From Oculina patagonica (lineage: Eukaryota), in the NCBI RefSeq assembly GCF_052425735.1, contig NC_135758.1:1054001-1118000 (forward strand): 64,000 bases of DNA. Direction: 5' to 3'. The number at the start of each line of letters is the position of its first letter. Position 1 is the first letter of the stretch. This document shows positions 1 through 10,983 of this stretch, in pieces. Both the position numbers and the translations under genes were made by a program. The notes below the pieces were generated by a model, which worked only from the letters and a program-made list of their open reading frames with translations, ran no database searches and was not told the origin of the DNA.

Positions 1-502
1 TTGTTGTTTCAGGTGAAATATTAGTTTTGTGATTTTGAGTCACTGGAAAGACCAAAGCAAAGATAATCATTATGGTAGCCTTACAGATAAAACTCAGAGA
101 ACTTATGCAATTTATGGAATATTGGGCGTCCCGGTAGCTATTCAAGAAAAATAAACAATACATCAAAATTATTTCTTCGAAGGGACAAAATTTTGAAACC
201 GGCATTGTATTTTAAGGCAATTATGGAAAAGTGAACAATAAAACCGGTTATTGCATTAAAAGCAGTGAGTAAATTCTAATAAGTTAAATTAAATTTCATT
301 TGACTTTGTAAAGAGCTATTCAAGTGCCTCGTGACTTGCATTGATAATATTTTATTAAATTTTGTGCAAAAAGAATTCATTTTATCTGTCCTGTCCCTTG
401 TTTATACCCGTCTAAATTCGCAAGACAGAAGACAACCATTTCGAAGAGGATTGAGATCCCAGGTAGATATATTAATGTTATTTTCTGGGGATTTCGAGTA
501 AA

Positions 503-1369
503 ATGAATGAGAGTACGGTTCCTTTCGTGATAAACGCGGCTTTTAACCTTCCCTTCTGTCTGATTGCCGCAGTTGGCAATTCTCTGATACTGGTGTCTTT
601 CGCTCGAACTCCATCCCTCTTTACACCGTCGAATGTTCTGTTGATCGCGCTCGCGATGTCTGACCTCTGCGTTGGGTTGATTGTGCAACCAGTCTATATC
701 GCATGGAAATTTCACCAGCACATGAATCAAACACCAGCAATGGTTGGAATCCTGGGGAAAGCGTGTTTCTTTGTATCCAGTATGTCATGCGCTGTCTCTT
801 TCTGCATCGCGTCGTCTTTAAGCATCGACAGATACCTCGCTGTTTATCTACATTTGAGGTACAATGGCATAGTCACCGTGCGAAGAGTAAGCTACTTTGT
901 TGCTTGTGTGTGGTTTGCTTGCCTAGTTGTTGCATCTCTTTGTGTTTGGCGATCTGGTTACTTTGATTTTATCGCCACACCCGTGGCTTTTCTGTGCCTC
1001 CTCGTGAATGCAGTGCTGTATTTCAAAATCTACCGTGTGGTGCGACGTCATCAGATTCAAGTCTGGAATCAGCTAACCGCCTTTTATACTGGCTCACCAA
1101 ATAACATGACAACTGGATTTAAACGTTCTTTTGTTAACATTTTCTACCTATATTTAGTTTGTTTAGTATGTTATGTACCATACCTGGCCACTGCCGTAAA
1201 TGTTTCTATTCAAGGCGGAATGGATGCTCCGTTACCAGCAAAGCTTGCATTTGAAGTTTCGTGGACAATTGCCTACATCAACTCCTCACTAAACCCGTTA
1301 CTGTTTTCATGGCGACTGAAGAACGTTCGGGCCGCGGTTAAAAGTACTTTAAAGGAAATGTTATGTTAA
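503..1369 (+). CDS. Intronless class A (rhodopsin-like) GPCR, cnidarian melanocortin/adenosine/amine-receptor-like orphan group
   Basis: 288-aa ORF with hydrophobic TM segments and class A motifs: TM1 GN (VGNSLI), TM2 LAxxD (LAMSD), TM3 DRY (SIDRYLAV), TM6 CYxP (CYVPY), TM7 NSxxNP (NSSLNPLLF); N-glycosylation sequon NES at the N-terminus. Confidence 0.92.
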   Translation: MNESTVPFVINAAFNLPFCLIAAVGNSLILVSFARTPSLFTPSNVLLIALAMSDLCVGLIVQPVYIAWKFHQHMNQTPAMVGILGKACFFVSSMSCAVSFCIASSLSIDRYLAVYLHLRYNGIVTVRRVSYFVACVWFACLVVASLCVWRSGYFDFIATPVAFLCLLVNAVLYFKIYRVVRRHQIQVWNQLTAFYTGSPNNMTTGFKRSFVNIFYLYLVCLVCYVPYLATAVNVSIQGGMDAPLPAKLAFEVSWTIAYINSSLNPLLFSWRLKNVRAAVKSTLKEMLC

Positions 1370-3535
1370 TTTATTTCCTGAGGGGAAAAAAAGCAAAATC
1401 CCTCAGAGCGGAAGTTTAGAAATTTTCGAAGTACCAATCGGAACGTCATAGGTTTGACTCCTGTTAGGAGTCCGAGTTTGATTATAGTCCTTTAAAATAC
1501 TCCTTTTAGTTAGTAGAGCGTGAATTGAGAAAAAAAAAACAAACAAACAAAAACAAGAAAACAAACAAAAAAAACACTGAAGTGGAAAAATGGCCGCGCG
1601 ACATCTGGGTGCGAAACGCGCGAAGAAAAGAGCGTCTTTTCCCCAGATTACGTGCGGCCATTTTTCCACTAGCGGTTTTTTTCGCTTTACGCTCGACGGA
1701 CAAAGAAAAAAAGAAACTGCTCGTCTTTTTCACTGACCTTTGTAAACCAACAAAGCCAATAAAAAGTCGAGTCGACTTTTCATTGGCTTCGTTGGCCAAA
1801 GTTGATCAAAACACTTTTATTCACGGGAAAAATTCAGAAGAAAAAACTTTTGTTTCGCTGTCAACAAGGTTAAGGCTAAATCACTTCTGTTTTCGATCTG
1901 TTTCTGGGATTTGATCGGAAGCTATTATGGAAATTCCCGCCACACAGCTCTACCAAGGCCTGCAATTCAATTCAGTCGTTTAAAATTGATATTCTCAGTT
2001 CTTTAAATTTTTTCCCAGTTTTCCTGTTTAGTAGAAAGGTTCCTGCCGTTTAAAAACAATAACACAGATCATCGTTGTTCAATTTAACACTGATTTTTTC
2101 TTGTGGAGTTCATTTTCGATGTCGTTCCTGTGAATGTTTCGAAACTCTATTGTTAAGAATCGGTGAAGTCAAAATACAATAGACAACCAGACTAATACAA
2201 TTCTTAGAATTCTTAAGACAGGAATAAGACAAACAAACATGCCACCAGATACACATACGCCTTTGTTGAAAACAAAACCATAATAAAAACGTCAGTTACA
2301 TGTTGCAAAACGCTGGTTTAGACATAAGGCTAAAATAAGCTATTTCGTTCGCTTTTATTAGTCAGAGTCAATTTAAATTTTTTGGCATTTTTCATATACA
2401 TGGTTTTCCCTGGACAAACTAGAATATATAACGTTTCTTATTCTTCGGGTCCATCGAAAATAAGAACACCGGATTAAAGAAGAACACGGCTCGTTTCTCA
2501 AAAATAACAAAGTTTCACGGTTCATCACACTGAATCACGGGCACAACAAACAGAACCCCGTTCAAAACAGAACCCATTCTAATGCAACGTAACCGGTCTC
2601 AGAGCGAATATAACTATGTCTTAGTTCTATTCTTCGCTGTTGTAATATTTCAATCTATATTCTTCATATGACATATCAGTCAGCCAATTTTATACGCTTG
2701 CATTCAACGGAGATTCACTTAATCTAGCCGCAACCTCCTACGAATTGTTTAGACACAATTAAACATTTAGGTACCAGTATTTTACCTTGACGTGGGAACA
2801 CCTACAGAGACAAAATATTTATACATTTTCCCTTGTAAACTGGAAAAATATTGAAGGATCGGAGAAAGGAAAGGTGTTTAATAGTTTTTCAACAACATCA
2901 ACGGGCTCAAGTTGAATTGGCCTTCATGTATGTTGCACTACTTTGAATTACTTTTAAATTCTTTGTGAGCAATTCATTTTCGTTGCCCTTTGGTCCTAAG
3001 CAGTTTGACTTCACTTGAATCTGAAACAAGTCGAGTCGATCCTTCTTGACTCTGTTGAACTGACGGCATACTGAGTAATTTGTGTATAGCTTTCGAAAAT
3101 TTGTTTTTAATGGGTCTTTTAGCGAAGAATGTTTATGCTTTCTCGCGTTGGATCGACTTAGTCTTGTAAAATGGCAGTTTTCTAGTTTAGTAAAGAATTC
3201 TTAAAAATATTCAAATACAAAACAAAGTGAAGAATAAAATCACTTAAATAAAAATCGTAACTTGTATTGAACTTAATAAGTTCCCAGAAATGTTAATTTG
3301 ATTTACCATTGACTGCTAAAGCTGTCTTCAAGCTTCAGATGGAACACTAACTTTGTTAGCTATAACGGGTAGCTTCATAAATATTACATAATTGACACAA
3401 AGGCGACTAATTGCTTTTGTTCTTAACTGGCTATTCCCCTCTATGGCCCAACAATAGACATTGTTGTTTGTATTAAGTGAGGGATCAACCCCTCCAGCTG
3501 GCCGTTCTGTAACCCCTAGCTAGTTCAAGTTTATT

Positions 3536-6500
3536 ATGAACTCTTTTACCGATGAAGCGACATCGGCTATTGAGGTAAGCATAAATGACTTGGCCGGCCT
3601 GCCGCAGACGCCAAACTCGTGCGCGCAATTTACCAACGTGGACGCCCATTCACCCGTTCTTCTCGAAAGTGAGTTTTATTCGCCAGAAGACTGTTCGGAA
3701 AACGACGAAAGACCCAGAACGCCAAAACCGTCCATCGAATGCGTCGTTTGTGGCGATAAATCATCTGGAAAGCATTACGGTGTTTTTACTTGTGAAGGAT
3801 GCAAGAGCTTTTTCAAGCGAAGCATTCGACGCAATCTGTCTTACACGTGCAGGGGATACAAGAATTGCCCGGTGGATATTCAACACAGGAATCATTGTCA
3901 GTACTGCAGGCTAAAGAAGTGCATGAAGGTTGGCATGAGAAGGGATGGTACGTATGTCATTACCACGATTTTTATTATAGATTTTTTTCTATCAGTGAGT
4001 TTGCTTCCAAAATTTTTTTCGGTTGGCAGAAGTAAGAAACCAGGTAGTTTTCTTCATTTGTCTGTGTCGGCTTGTACGTAACTTTGCAACCAACTTAGGG
4101 CGCTCTCCATCAGTCAGAACTGGGCGGCGAGACCGGTATATTCGAGAACAGGATTCCGTTGTTAGTCAGATTTTGTCCTGTCAAATCAGTCAATACATGA
4201 ATATTATACATTGTTATAATGAATTTGTTGGAAAATCCTGTGGAAAAGGCGGCACATTTTACATTCAAAACTACCGGCCCGGCCGGTCAGTTCTGTCAAA
4301 TGGAAAGCGCCCTTATTATTGAAGAGGTGGCTAACAACAATATCTTAAAAGAATGGATACAGTCAACTCTCTCTTAACGGACACCTCTGTAAGACGGACA
4401 CCTCCATAAGACGGACACCTGGTCATGGTCCCTGCCGTTTTTCAGTCATTTTTCTGTAAGAAAACTCTCTGTAAGACGGACAACGGACACTTTGAAACCT
4501 CCAACGGACACGCTCAAAAAGTTATTTTTTAGTGAACAATACTTTAAAACTTGTTATCGACATATAGCATAGTACGTCAGCGCCTTTAGAATACCAAACT
4601 TACCAAAAACAATCCGCTAAAACGCATTACTTCCCTGCTTAGGCGTATGGGCACCAAAGATTTAGTTTTCTACTTACAGTATTACTGTTTGTGATTAACA
4701 AACAAGTCGAAAAAAATTTCAAGATAGGAAACTCAGTGAAGACCAATTATCAAATCAATAAATCCATAAGCGGCGTATAAACCTTAACTTTCCAGGGAGG
4801 GTGTTAACTTCTGGATTAAAGTCGACTCCCGATAACTCGAACCCTCGCTAACTCGAACCTCGCGCTTACTCGAACCAAAATCGATTTCCCCTGGATTTCC
4901 GTTATACATTTACTGTAATTTTACCCTCGGTAACTCGAACCCGCAATAACTCGAATCTCCCTCTAACTCGAACCAACTTTCGTTTCCCTTCAGATCATTT
5001 TCTATATAATTTTACCCTCGATAACTCGAACCATGTCTGTCAATACATGACAAGTCAAAACAAACAGTGTGCTGTAGTCCAAAACGTTGAAATTATTTTG
5101 AAATAAAAACGTACACGAGTTAGAACGCCCCTCAAAACACGTACTGTGCCACGCCATTGACGTGCTACAGACGTTCACTTCGTTTGTGGAGGCCCGGGTG
5201 TGGAGGTTGATACCGATTCTTCCAAACCCCACCTTAGAAAACTTTAAAAGATTATCGCCAGGGCGAATTAACTGACTTTTTCTCGAAAAGTAAATCGAAT
5301 AAACTCCGTAGCAGTAGCCTATAGCATTAGCGTTGTTCTCTTCGAAACAAAGTTCGCAGCAACTGATGTATACCTGACAATGATTTAGAAATATGTTGTT
5401 CTTTTCTTTTTCGGCTTACCTATACTCTAAATAAATTTGTTTATTTAAAATTTACACTGTTCTACACTGTTCTATGAATAGAAAATCAGTAAACACCCTT
5501 TTTTCCTTATTTCCGGTAATTTGTTTTCGATTCCCGATAACTCGAACTCCCGATAACTCGAACCATTTTCAATTTCCCTTGAAGGTTCGAGTTATCGGGA
5601 GTCAACTGTATTATTTTTGTTCCACTTTATATGTTTTGCTAACGTAAGCGTCTCAAAACAGACGTGTATTCGTTGTGCATAGCCGTTTACCTTTATCGTC
5701 TCAAAATTTCTGGTGTCACGTTACTTCGACTCTCTATAAGGCGGGCACCTCTCTAAGACGGACAGTTGGGGCCGGTCCCGACGGTGTCCGTCTTAGAGAG
5801 AGTTGACTGTACACTCGTTATTTAGTTCTTTCAGTATAAAAGGAATATACATTAATTTCAAGTAGCGTTTCTTTCCGGCCCTATCCCCCACCAGGGGGAA
5901 AGGAACTAAGAAGAAGCGTTTCTGTCAAAGAGCTAACCGGCGTTCAGTTTATTACTTTTGTTGCCTAACAAGGACAGTTCTATGATTTTCTTCCAGCATC
6001 CGTAGTTCTTGTTAGGAGCCATAACCCCCATTATAATTAAAAGATAAAAGAGTTGTTTTTATGGCATTTAAAATAATGATAGGTTTTGTTGCTAGAAAGG
6101 AGTACGGGGATTTATACTGGGCTGTTTAATGCATTCTAAATTACTGCGATAAGGAATGAATGAACAAGGGAAATCTTACCCCCTCCCCCTCCACCCACTC
6201 ACCCTGCCTTTTTGTCTCGCCTCAACCCCTCGTTATTTATCCCATGTTTATTTTCACTGCTTATTTTGTGGTGGATAGCGAAGCGCGCGAGGTGTTTAAA
6301 TAATGTGAATGAATTCAACCCCCACGACTGCTTAGAAAACATCGGCGTGTTTTGAGAGAAATAGAAAAATTCAAGGCGAAGTTTTCCTTTTATGAATGCT
6401 ATTTAGGAACACAGGCTATTATAGAAAGTGTTTTTAAAAGGAAAATCGTCCGCCATTTCGGTTTGTTTGTCTGAGTCTTGTCTGAGTCGTGACGTCACTC

Positions 6501-8973
6501 GCGCGCTTCGCTATTCAGAATACGCACAAACACTCGCTGATTCGTAATTTCTTTTTCTTTTGTTAACAGCCGTCCAGAAAGGTCGTATCTCAACAACACA
6601 ATCCGACGCTGCGAATTCTCTTCAGATGGGTCTAGGAGACATGCGCAATCCTCAGTCCTTCTACTCGAGCTACATCACTCTGTTACTACGCGCCGATACG
6701 ATCGCACGCTACCAACAGTCCCTCGGGATTCCCGCTAACATTGCGGGACTGGAAAGCGCGTCTGAACTAGCTGCAAGACTACTGGTTTCCATAGCAGAAT
6801 GGGCGAAGAACATTCCGTTTTTCTCAGAATTCTCACTTCCCGATCAGTCCATCCTGCTACGCTCGTGTTGGAGTGAATTGTTCATATTAAACGCTGCCCA
6901 GCACTGTTCGCCTTTTCACATGGCGCAACCGCTGACCATAGCCGCGCTGACACCTCCATCAAGCACCGAGTTGTTAACAGTGAGTAGCAACGGACCAATG
7001 GCATTTGATTCGGCAGAAAATCTCAGATTATTTGAAGAACAAGTTGAAAAGCTTAAGAATCTGCATATAGACTCTGCTGAGTTCTGTTGTCTTAAGGCTA
7101 TTATTCTATTTAATCCAGGTAAGTAGTGATTTTTTCTTCTATTTAACAATAAGACTTCGAGGGATGGCGAAGATGTTCCCAACTTCCAATCGAAAGCCCT
7201 CCGAGATTCGGTCCCAAACGGTTCCACGCTGGTGCCATACACTGTATGCATTCTGGTACGTTCATTGCACTATAGAAGGTATAATAATGTCTATCTCAAA
7301 CACAAGATAAAAGGGGCTGACGGCTTTAAAAATCCGGTTTCTACAGCATAAAGGGACTAGGAGAATTGCTTCTCCCCAGGATGGGATGCTAGTCTATCGC
7401 GGGGTTATCATCCTGCGTTTCGTCAGCTTGCATTTACAGCTCACACTCCAGGGTGGAAAGAGAGACTGTAAGAAAGAAGTTTCTTGCCCAAGAGAGGAAA
7501 AAAAAACATTAAAGCGACCAGGGCTCGAACCCGGACCGTTCAATCTGAAGTTCAACCCGCTACCATTAAGCTGTCGCATCACCGCACGCCTTACATGGGA
7601 GCTATATTATTAAAAAAATATTTACATCTTCAAGCTTTTTCTTTGCAGGTGGTGAATACGGATTAAATTATATACTAGTAATAGTTCTCACTATAAAGCT
7701 GCCCCCGCCTTTTTATAATTTGTTTTACAGCAATAATCAAGGATTAGTGGAGTCTTTTGTCGTCATGACATTGTTTGCTGCGGAATTTCTTGTTGTGTGA
7801 CACCGTTGCATCCTAAAAATATTAATTCACAAGTTTAAGTCGAATATATTACCTAGCGCGCGGAAATATTAACCTAGCGGAAATACACACAACACATTAT
7901 TCGTGGTGACAACACGCAAGCTTATTTCCTGGCTTATAACATTCAAAATTAACTTTTATACTAACAATAATTTCCAGGCCAAAAAGCCTAAAATTTCCGC
8001 GAGTAACAAAATATGGCACAGTTCAAAGATTCGAGAAAACAATTTTTGATTCTTATTCAACCCGCTCTTTGGATCAAATAATCTGACAGTTTGTTAGCGA
8101 AACGAATTACCTTTGTATTACATTTTTGTTTATTACTCGTATACGATACAAACCCCCGAAAGCAAACGTTGACGCTCGAACCAGCTCTTGGAACACACGT
8201 AGCCAAGAACACGAAACCAATTGCTCGAAATCTTTCGACGTATTACTAACAACTGCTTCAAATATCACTTAAAGCAGAGAAACCGCTCGAACAAATCTGT
8301 GAACACGCGTAAACCAAAACCGGAAAACGAAATGCTGCTAGAAGATGGCGAAGCTCGAAGGTGACGAAACGCGACCTCTTGGTTGCAAGTACCCAACACC
8401 ACCGTGCGCGCTTGCTAAAATATTACCCGTCACGACCGTGCGCGCCTAGTTTTGTCAAATCGAGAACCCTTCGCCCATTACAAACACATTTCTTACTTTT
8501 TCAACAAATATTCTTTGTCCTTGTATGTATACACCCGGGGACTCCTAGGGTGCCTCCTCGGGTTTTGGCCTCTGGGCCAAAACCCGAGGAGGCAATTAGC
8601 TGTTGATAGAATGACGTAAAGTTCTTTTTCTTTTTCAGATTCTCAAGGACTCTCAAACTGTACTCACGTAGAAGGCCTTCAAGAACGTACCCAGTGTGCA
8701 TTGGAGGATTACATTCGTACCCAGTACCCTAACCAACCAACGCGTTTTGGGAAACTCCTGCTCAGGCTTCCCTCCCTGAGGCTGATTCGGCCTGGGACGG
8801 TCGAGGGGCTGTTCTTTCCGTCCATCGGTTTGGGAAACACAGTGGAAAGTGCTTTGAATGAGATGCTTGTTATTACCAGCACTGCTGTAAGTTCGCCAAA
8901 CAATTGGCCCGCTGCGGTGTTTCCCAATGGTAACATGAACACAATGAATATGAATGGTACTGCTGTGGTATGA
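3536..8973 (+). CDS. NR2F: COUP-TF-like nuclear receptor (NR2F subfamily), 3 coding exons
   Basis: Exons 3536-3947, 6570-7118 and 8639-8973 joined at GT..AG sites in frame (..MRRD/AVQKGR.., ..ILFNP/DSQGL..). C4 zinc fingers [28 protein letters not shown] (P-box CEGCKS) and [14 protein letters not shown] signatures [12 protein letters not shown]...WSELF and [24 protein letters not shown] are typical of COUP-TF. Confidence 0.9.
4360..5809. mobile_element. Non-autonomous Tc1/mariner-pogo-like element (MITE) in NR2F intron 1
   Basis: TIR CAGTCAACTCTCTC(T)TAA..GGACACC / GGTGTCCGTCTTAGAGAGAGTTGACTG, TA at both ends (4358-59, 5810-11), internal AGACGGACACC repeats. A short relative lies at 62052-62208. 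Confidence 0.85.
4819..5608. mobile_element. Second Tigger/pogo-like MITE nested inside the 4360-5809 element
   Basis: TIR AGTCGACTCCCGATAACTCGAACC / GGTTCGAGTTATCGGGAGTCAACTG, TA flanks, many internal TAACTCGAACC repeats. Confidence 0.85.
5873..5914 (+). mobile_element. About 42-bp 5'-truncated non-LTR retroelement 3' end (RTE-like) with target-site duplication
   Basis: CCGGCCCTATCCCCCACCAGGGGGAAAGGAACTAAGAAG flanked by direct repeat AGCGTTTCT (5864-72 / 5915-23). A near-identical core at 53946-53984 has its own different TSD. Confidence 0.65.
7353..7580 (-). mobile_element. tRNA-derived SINE
   Basis: Minus strand carries a B-box-like GGTTCGAGCCC followed by TCTTGGGCAAGAAACT..TCCACCC core; shares blocks (GGATGCTAGTC, GGGTGGA.AGAG, TCTTGCCCAAGA, CCAGGGCTCG.ACCC) with 50072-50218. 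Confidence 0.7.
8551..8594. repeat. Perfect 20-bp-arm hairpin in NR2F intron 2
   Basis: TGCCTCCTCGGGTTTTGGCC-TCTG-GGCCAAAACCCGAGGAGGCA. Confidence 0.9.
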
Positions 8974-9022
8974 TTGGTAAACTGTGGCATAATCACTACA
9001 GCGTAGTAGAAGTCAAAATTAA

Positions 9023-9424
9023 GGCCATTTCCACACCAACCCGGGAAAATTTGAAAACGCATCTTTTTTTCTCCGGATAGGAAAACCTTCCTCATTGAAA
9101 CGGGTTTTTTGCTCACCGAAAACCGTAATTTTCAAAAACGCTCTCCAAAGTGGGTAAATTCAAAAACGCCGGCTAGGTGATGAAGCCGGTGGACGGCGAA
9201 ATCGGGACTTTTTAAAAACGCTGACGTCAAATAGTCATGTGATCTCTGTCAAAACCAAAGGTTTAATTAAATTTACATTAGCTCTGTGCATGCGTTGCAA
9301 CTCTGCGTGCCATTAAGCGTATCATTTTCTGATTAACCCGGGTTAATGTGGACGGAAAACATTTTATACGGCGTTTTCAAATTTCTCCGTTTTCAAATTC
9401 GCACAGGTTAATGTGGACAGGGCG
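9023..9424. mobile_element. Harbinger-like MITE just downstream of the NR2F stop codon
   Basis: Imperfect TIR GGCCATTTCCACAC..AATTTGAAAACG / CGTTTTCAAATT..ATGTGGACAGGGC with TAA/TTA flanks. Confidence 0.55.
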
Positions 9425-9549
9425 TTAGGTTTTGAATTGGCCCAGTTTGAGTTGCATCTCAGTTTCCCATCATAAAGCCTGCAAGTTTGTCATGAGAGTA
9501 CCGCAGCAGAACCGTGGCTGCACCGGGCTCGTGCAAAATACACAGTTTA

Positions 9550-9812
9550 CACGCGTTTTCCACCGGCTGCATCATGTTTTCCCGCGCTTGCCATGGTTGT
9601 GTCATGTTTTCCCGCGCTTGCCATGGTTGTGTCATGTTTTTCCGCGCTTTCCACCGGTTGCATCATGTTTTCACGCGCTTTCCACCGGTTGCATCATGTT
9701 TTCCCGCGCTTTCCACCGGTTGCATCATGTTTACCCGCGTTTTCCACCGGTTACATCATGTTTACCCGCGCTTGCCATGGCTGTGTCATGTTTTCCCGCG
9801 CTTGTCACTGGT
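9550..9812. repeat. Minisatellite, 30/31-bp unit, about 8 copies
   Basis: Units TGCATCATGTTTTCCCGCGCTTTCCACCGGT / TGTGTCATGTTTTCCCGCGCTTGCCATGGT; explains the repetitive ORFs at 9432-9835. Confidence 0.9.
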
Positions 9813-10983
9813 TCGCTGCTGTGAGTATTGATTGAACATTTTATAGCCGCGGTAGTTGACTCTGAATGCTGAGATAAATACTTTGGTTGTAGCTTACGAC
9901 AATACACGGAAAAACTTTTTCGACAAAGTCAATTTCACCAAATTATATCTCTATACGTTGTCCACTGTAACAACTAACATCAATTAAATGAATAAAGGGG
10001 AAAAATCTTTAATATTAAAGACGGTAATATGAAATATATATTTTTTTAAATAAAAGAGAAAAACGATCATGAAAGAAATACGATAGACATGAACTAAGGA
10101 TTACATATTAAAAAATTTGGCAACAAAATAAGCTTTGAAGGAAATATTTTCATATTGTTACAATCATACACAATAGGAATCGTTGTAATTAAAAAGCTAC
10201 TTCAGAATTTACGATTTTGTACCTATAATTTTAGTAATTAATGCTTATTAGTTGACCAATTTCGTAGAAATCCTAAGCAATATATTACTTTTATAACTAT
10301 GCATTAAAATAAATACTTAAAAACTCTATTCGAAATTTTTCCAGATTTTTATACTTGCTATTTTAAGAATTAGAATTTATGATCATTTCGTAGTCCATAG
10401 TTTTAATAAAATTTATATTGAATAGATTTGGAATTAGAATTACGTTAATTAAAAAAGGAAATTACCAAGGAACATTAAAATTCATTCTCGAATCGTTCTG
10501 TCTTTGTTTTGATAGTGATGTAAATTGAGAAATCCGAGAGACACAATATCGACTGTTCCCAGAGAAAAACAACGGTCAGACGCACGGCCCATTTGCAGTT
10601 CCCGACAAAACTGCCACTATACTATTACATTCAAACACAAAAAATAACACTTTTACTGAAAACGTAAACAAAAAACTTTATCATTGTTATCCATCAGTTT
10701 TGTCGCCTCGTTTTATCTTCGACGTTTTTTTTTATAACATTTTCTTTCAAACTTTAAAAACTTGAAGGCGATTGAAAGCGGCAGCTTTGAAGTTTTGCGC
10801 TTGGTACCGCTGCGCTGTGCGGTTTTCAGTCAGGTTATGAGCCTTCGGGTTCCTCAGTCAGCGGTTGCAGCAGGACAAAATCCACTGACCAAGAAGTCCT
10901 TAGACTCCTGGTATGAGAGCGAGTCATGCGAAACCTGTAAGTAAGGCGTCGGCTGCAGTTTATACAAGAGTAATGTTTTTACG

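Noticed and set aside
1403-1914. Overlapping Lys-rich and Phe-rich ORFs downstream of the GPCR
   Set aside because: Low-complexity A-runs and a probable interspersed repeat; non-ATG starts and no domain.
7500-7580. tRNA-like B-box on the minus strand
   Set aside because: No full cloverleaf; it is the head of a SINE with copies elsewhere in the window.
9432-9835. Three overlapping repetitive ORFs; array superficially CRISPR-like
   Set aside because: Head-to-tail 30/31-bp minisatellite with no unique spacers and no cas genes, in a eukaryotic context.
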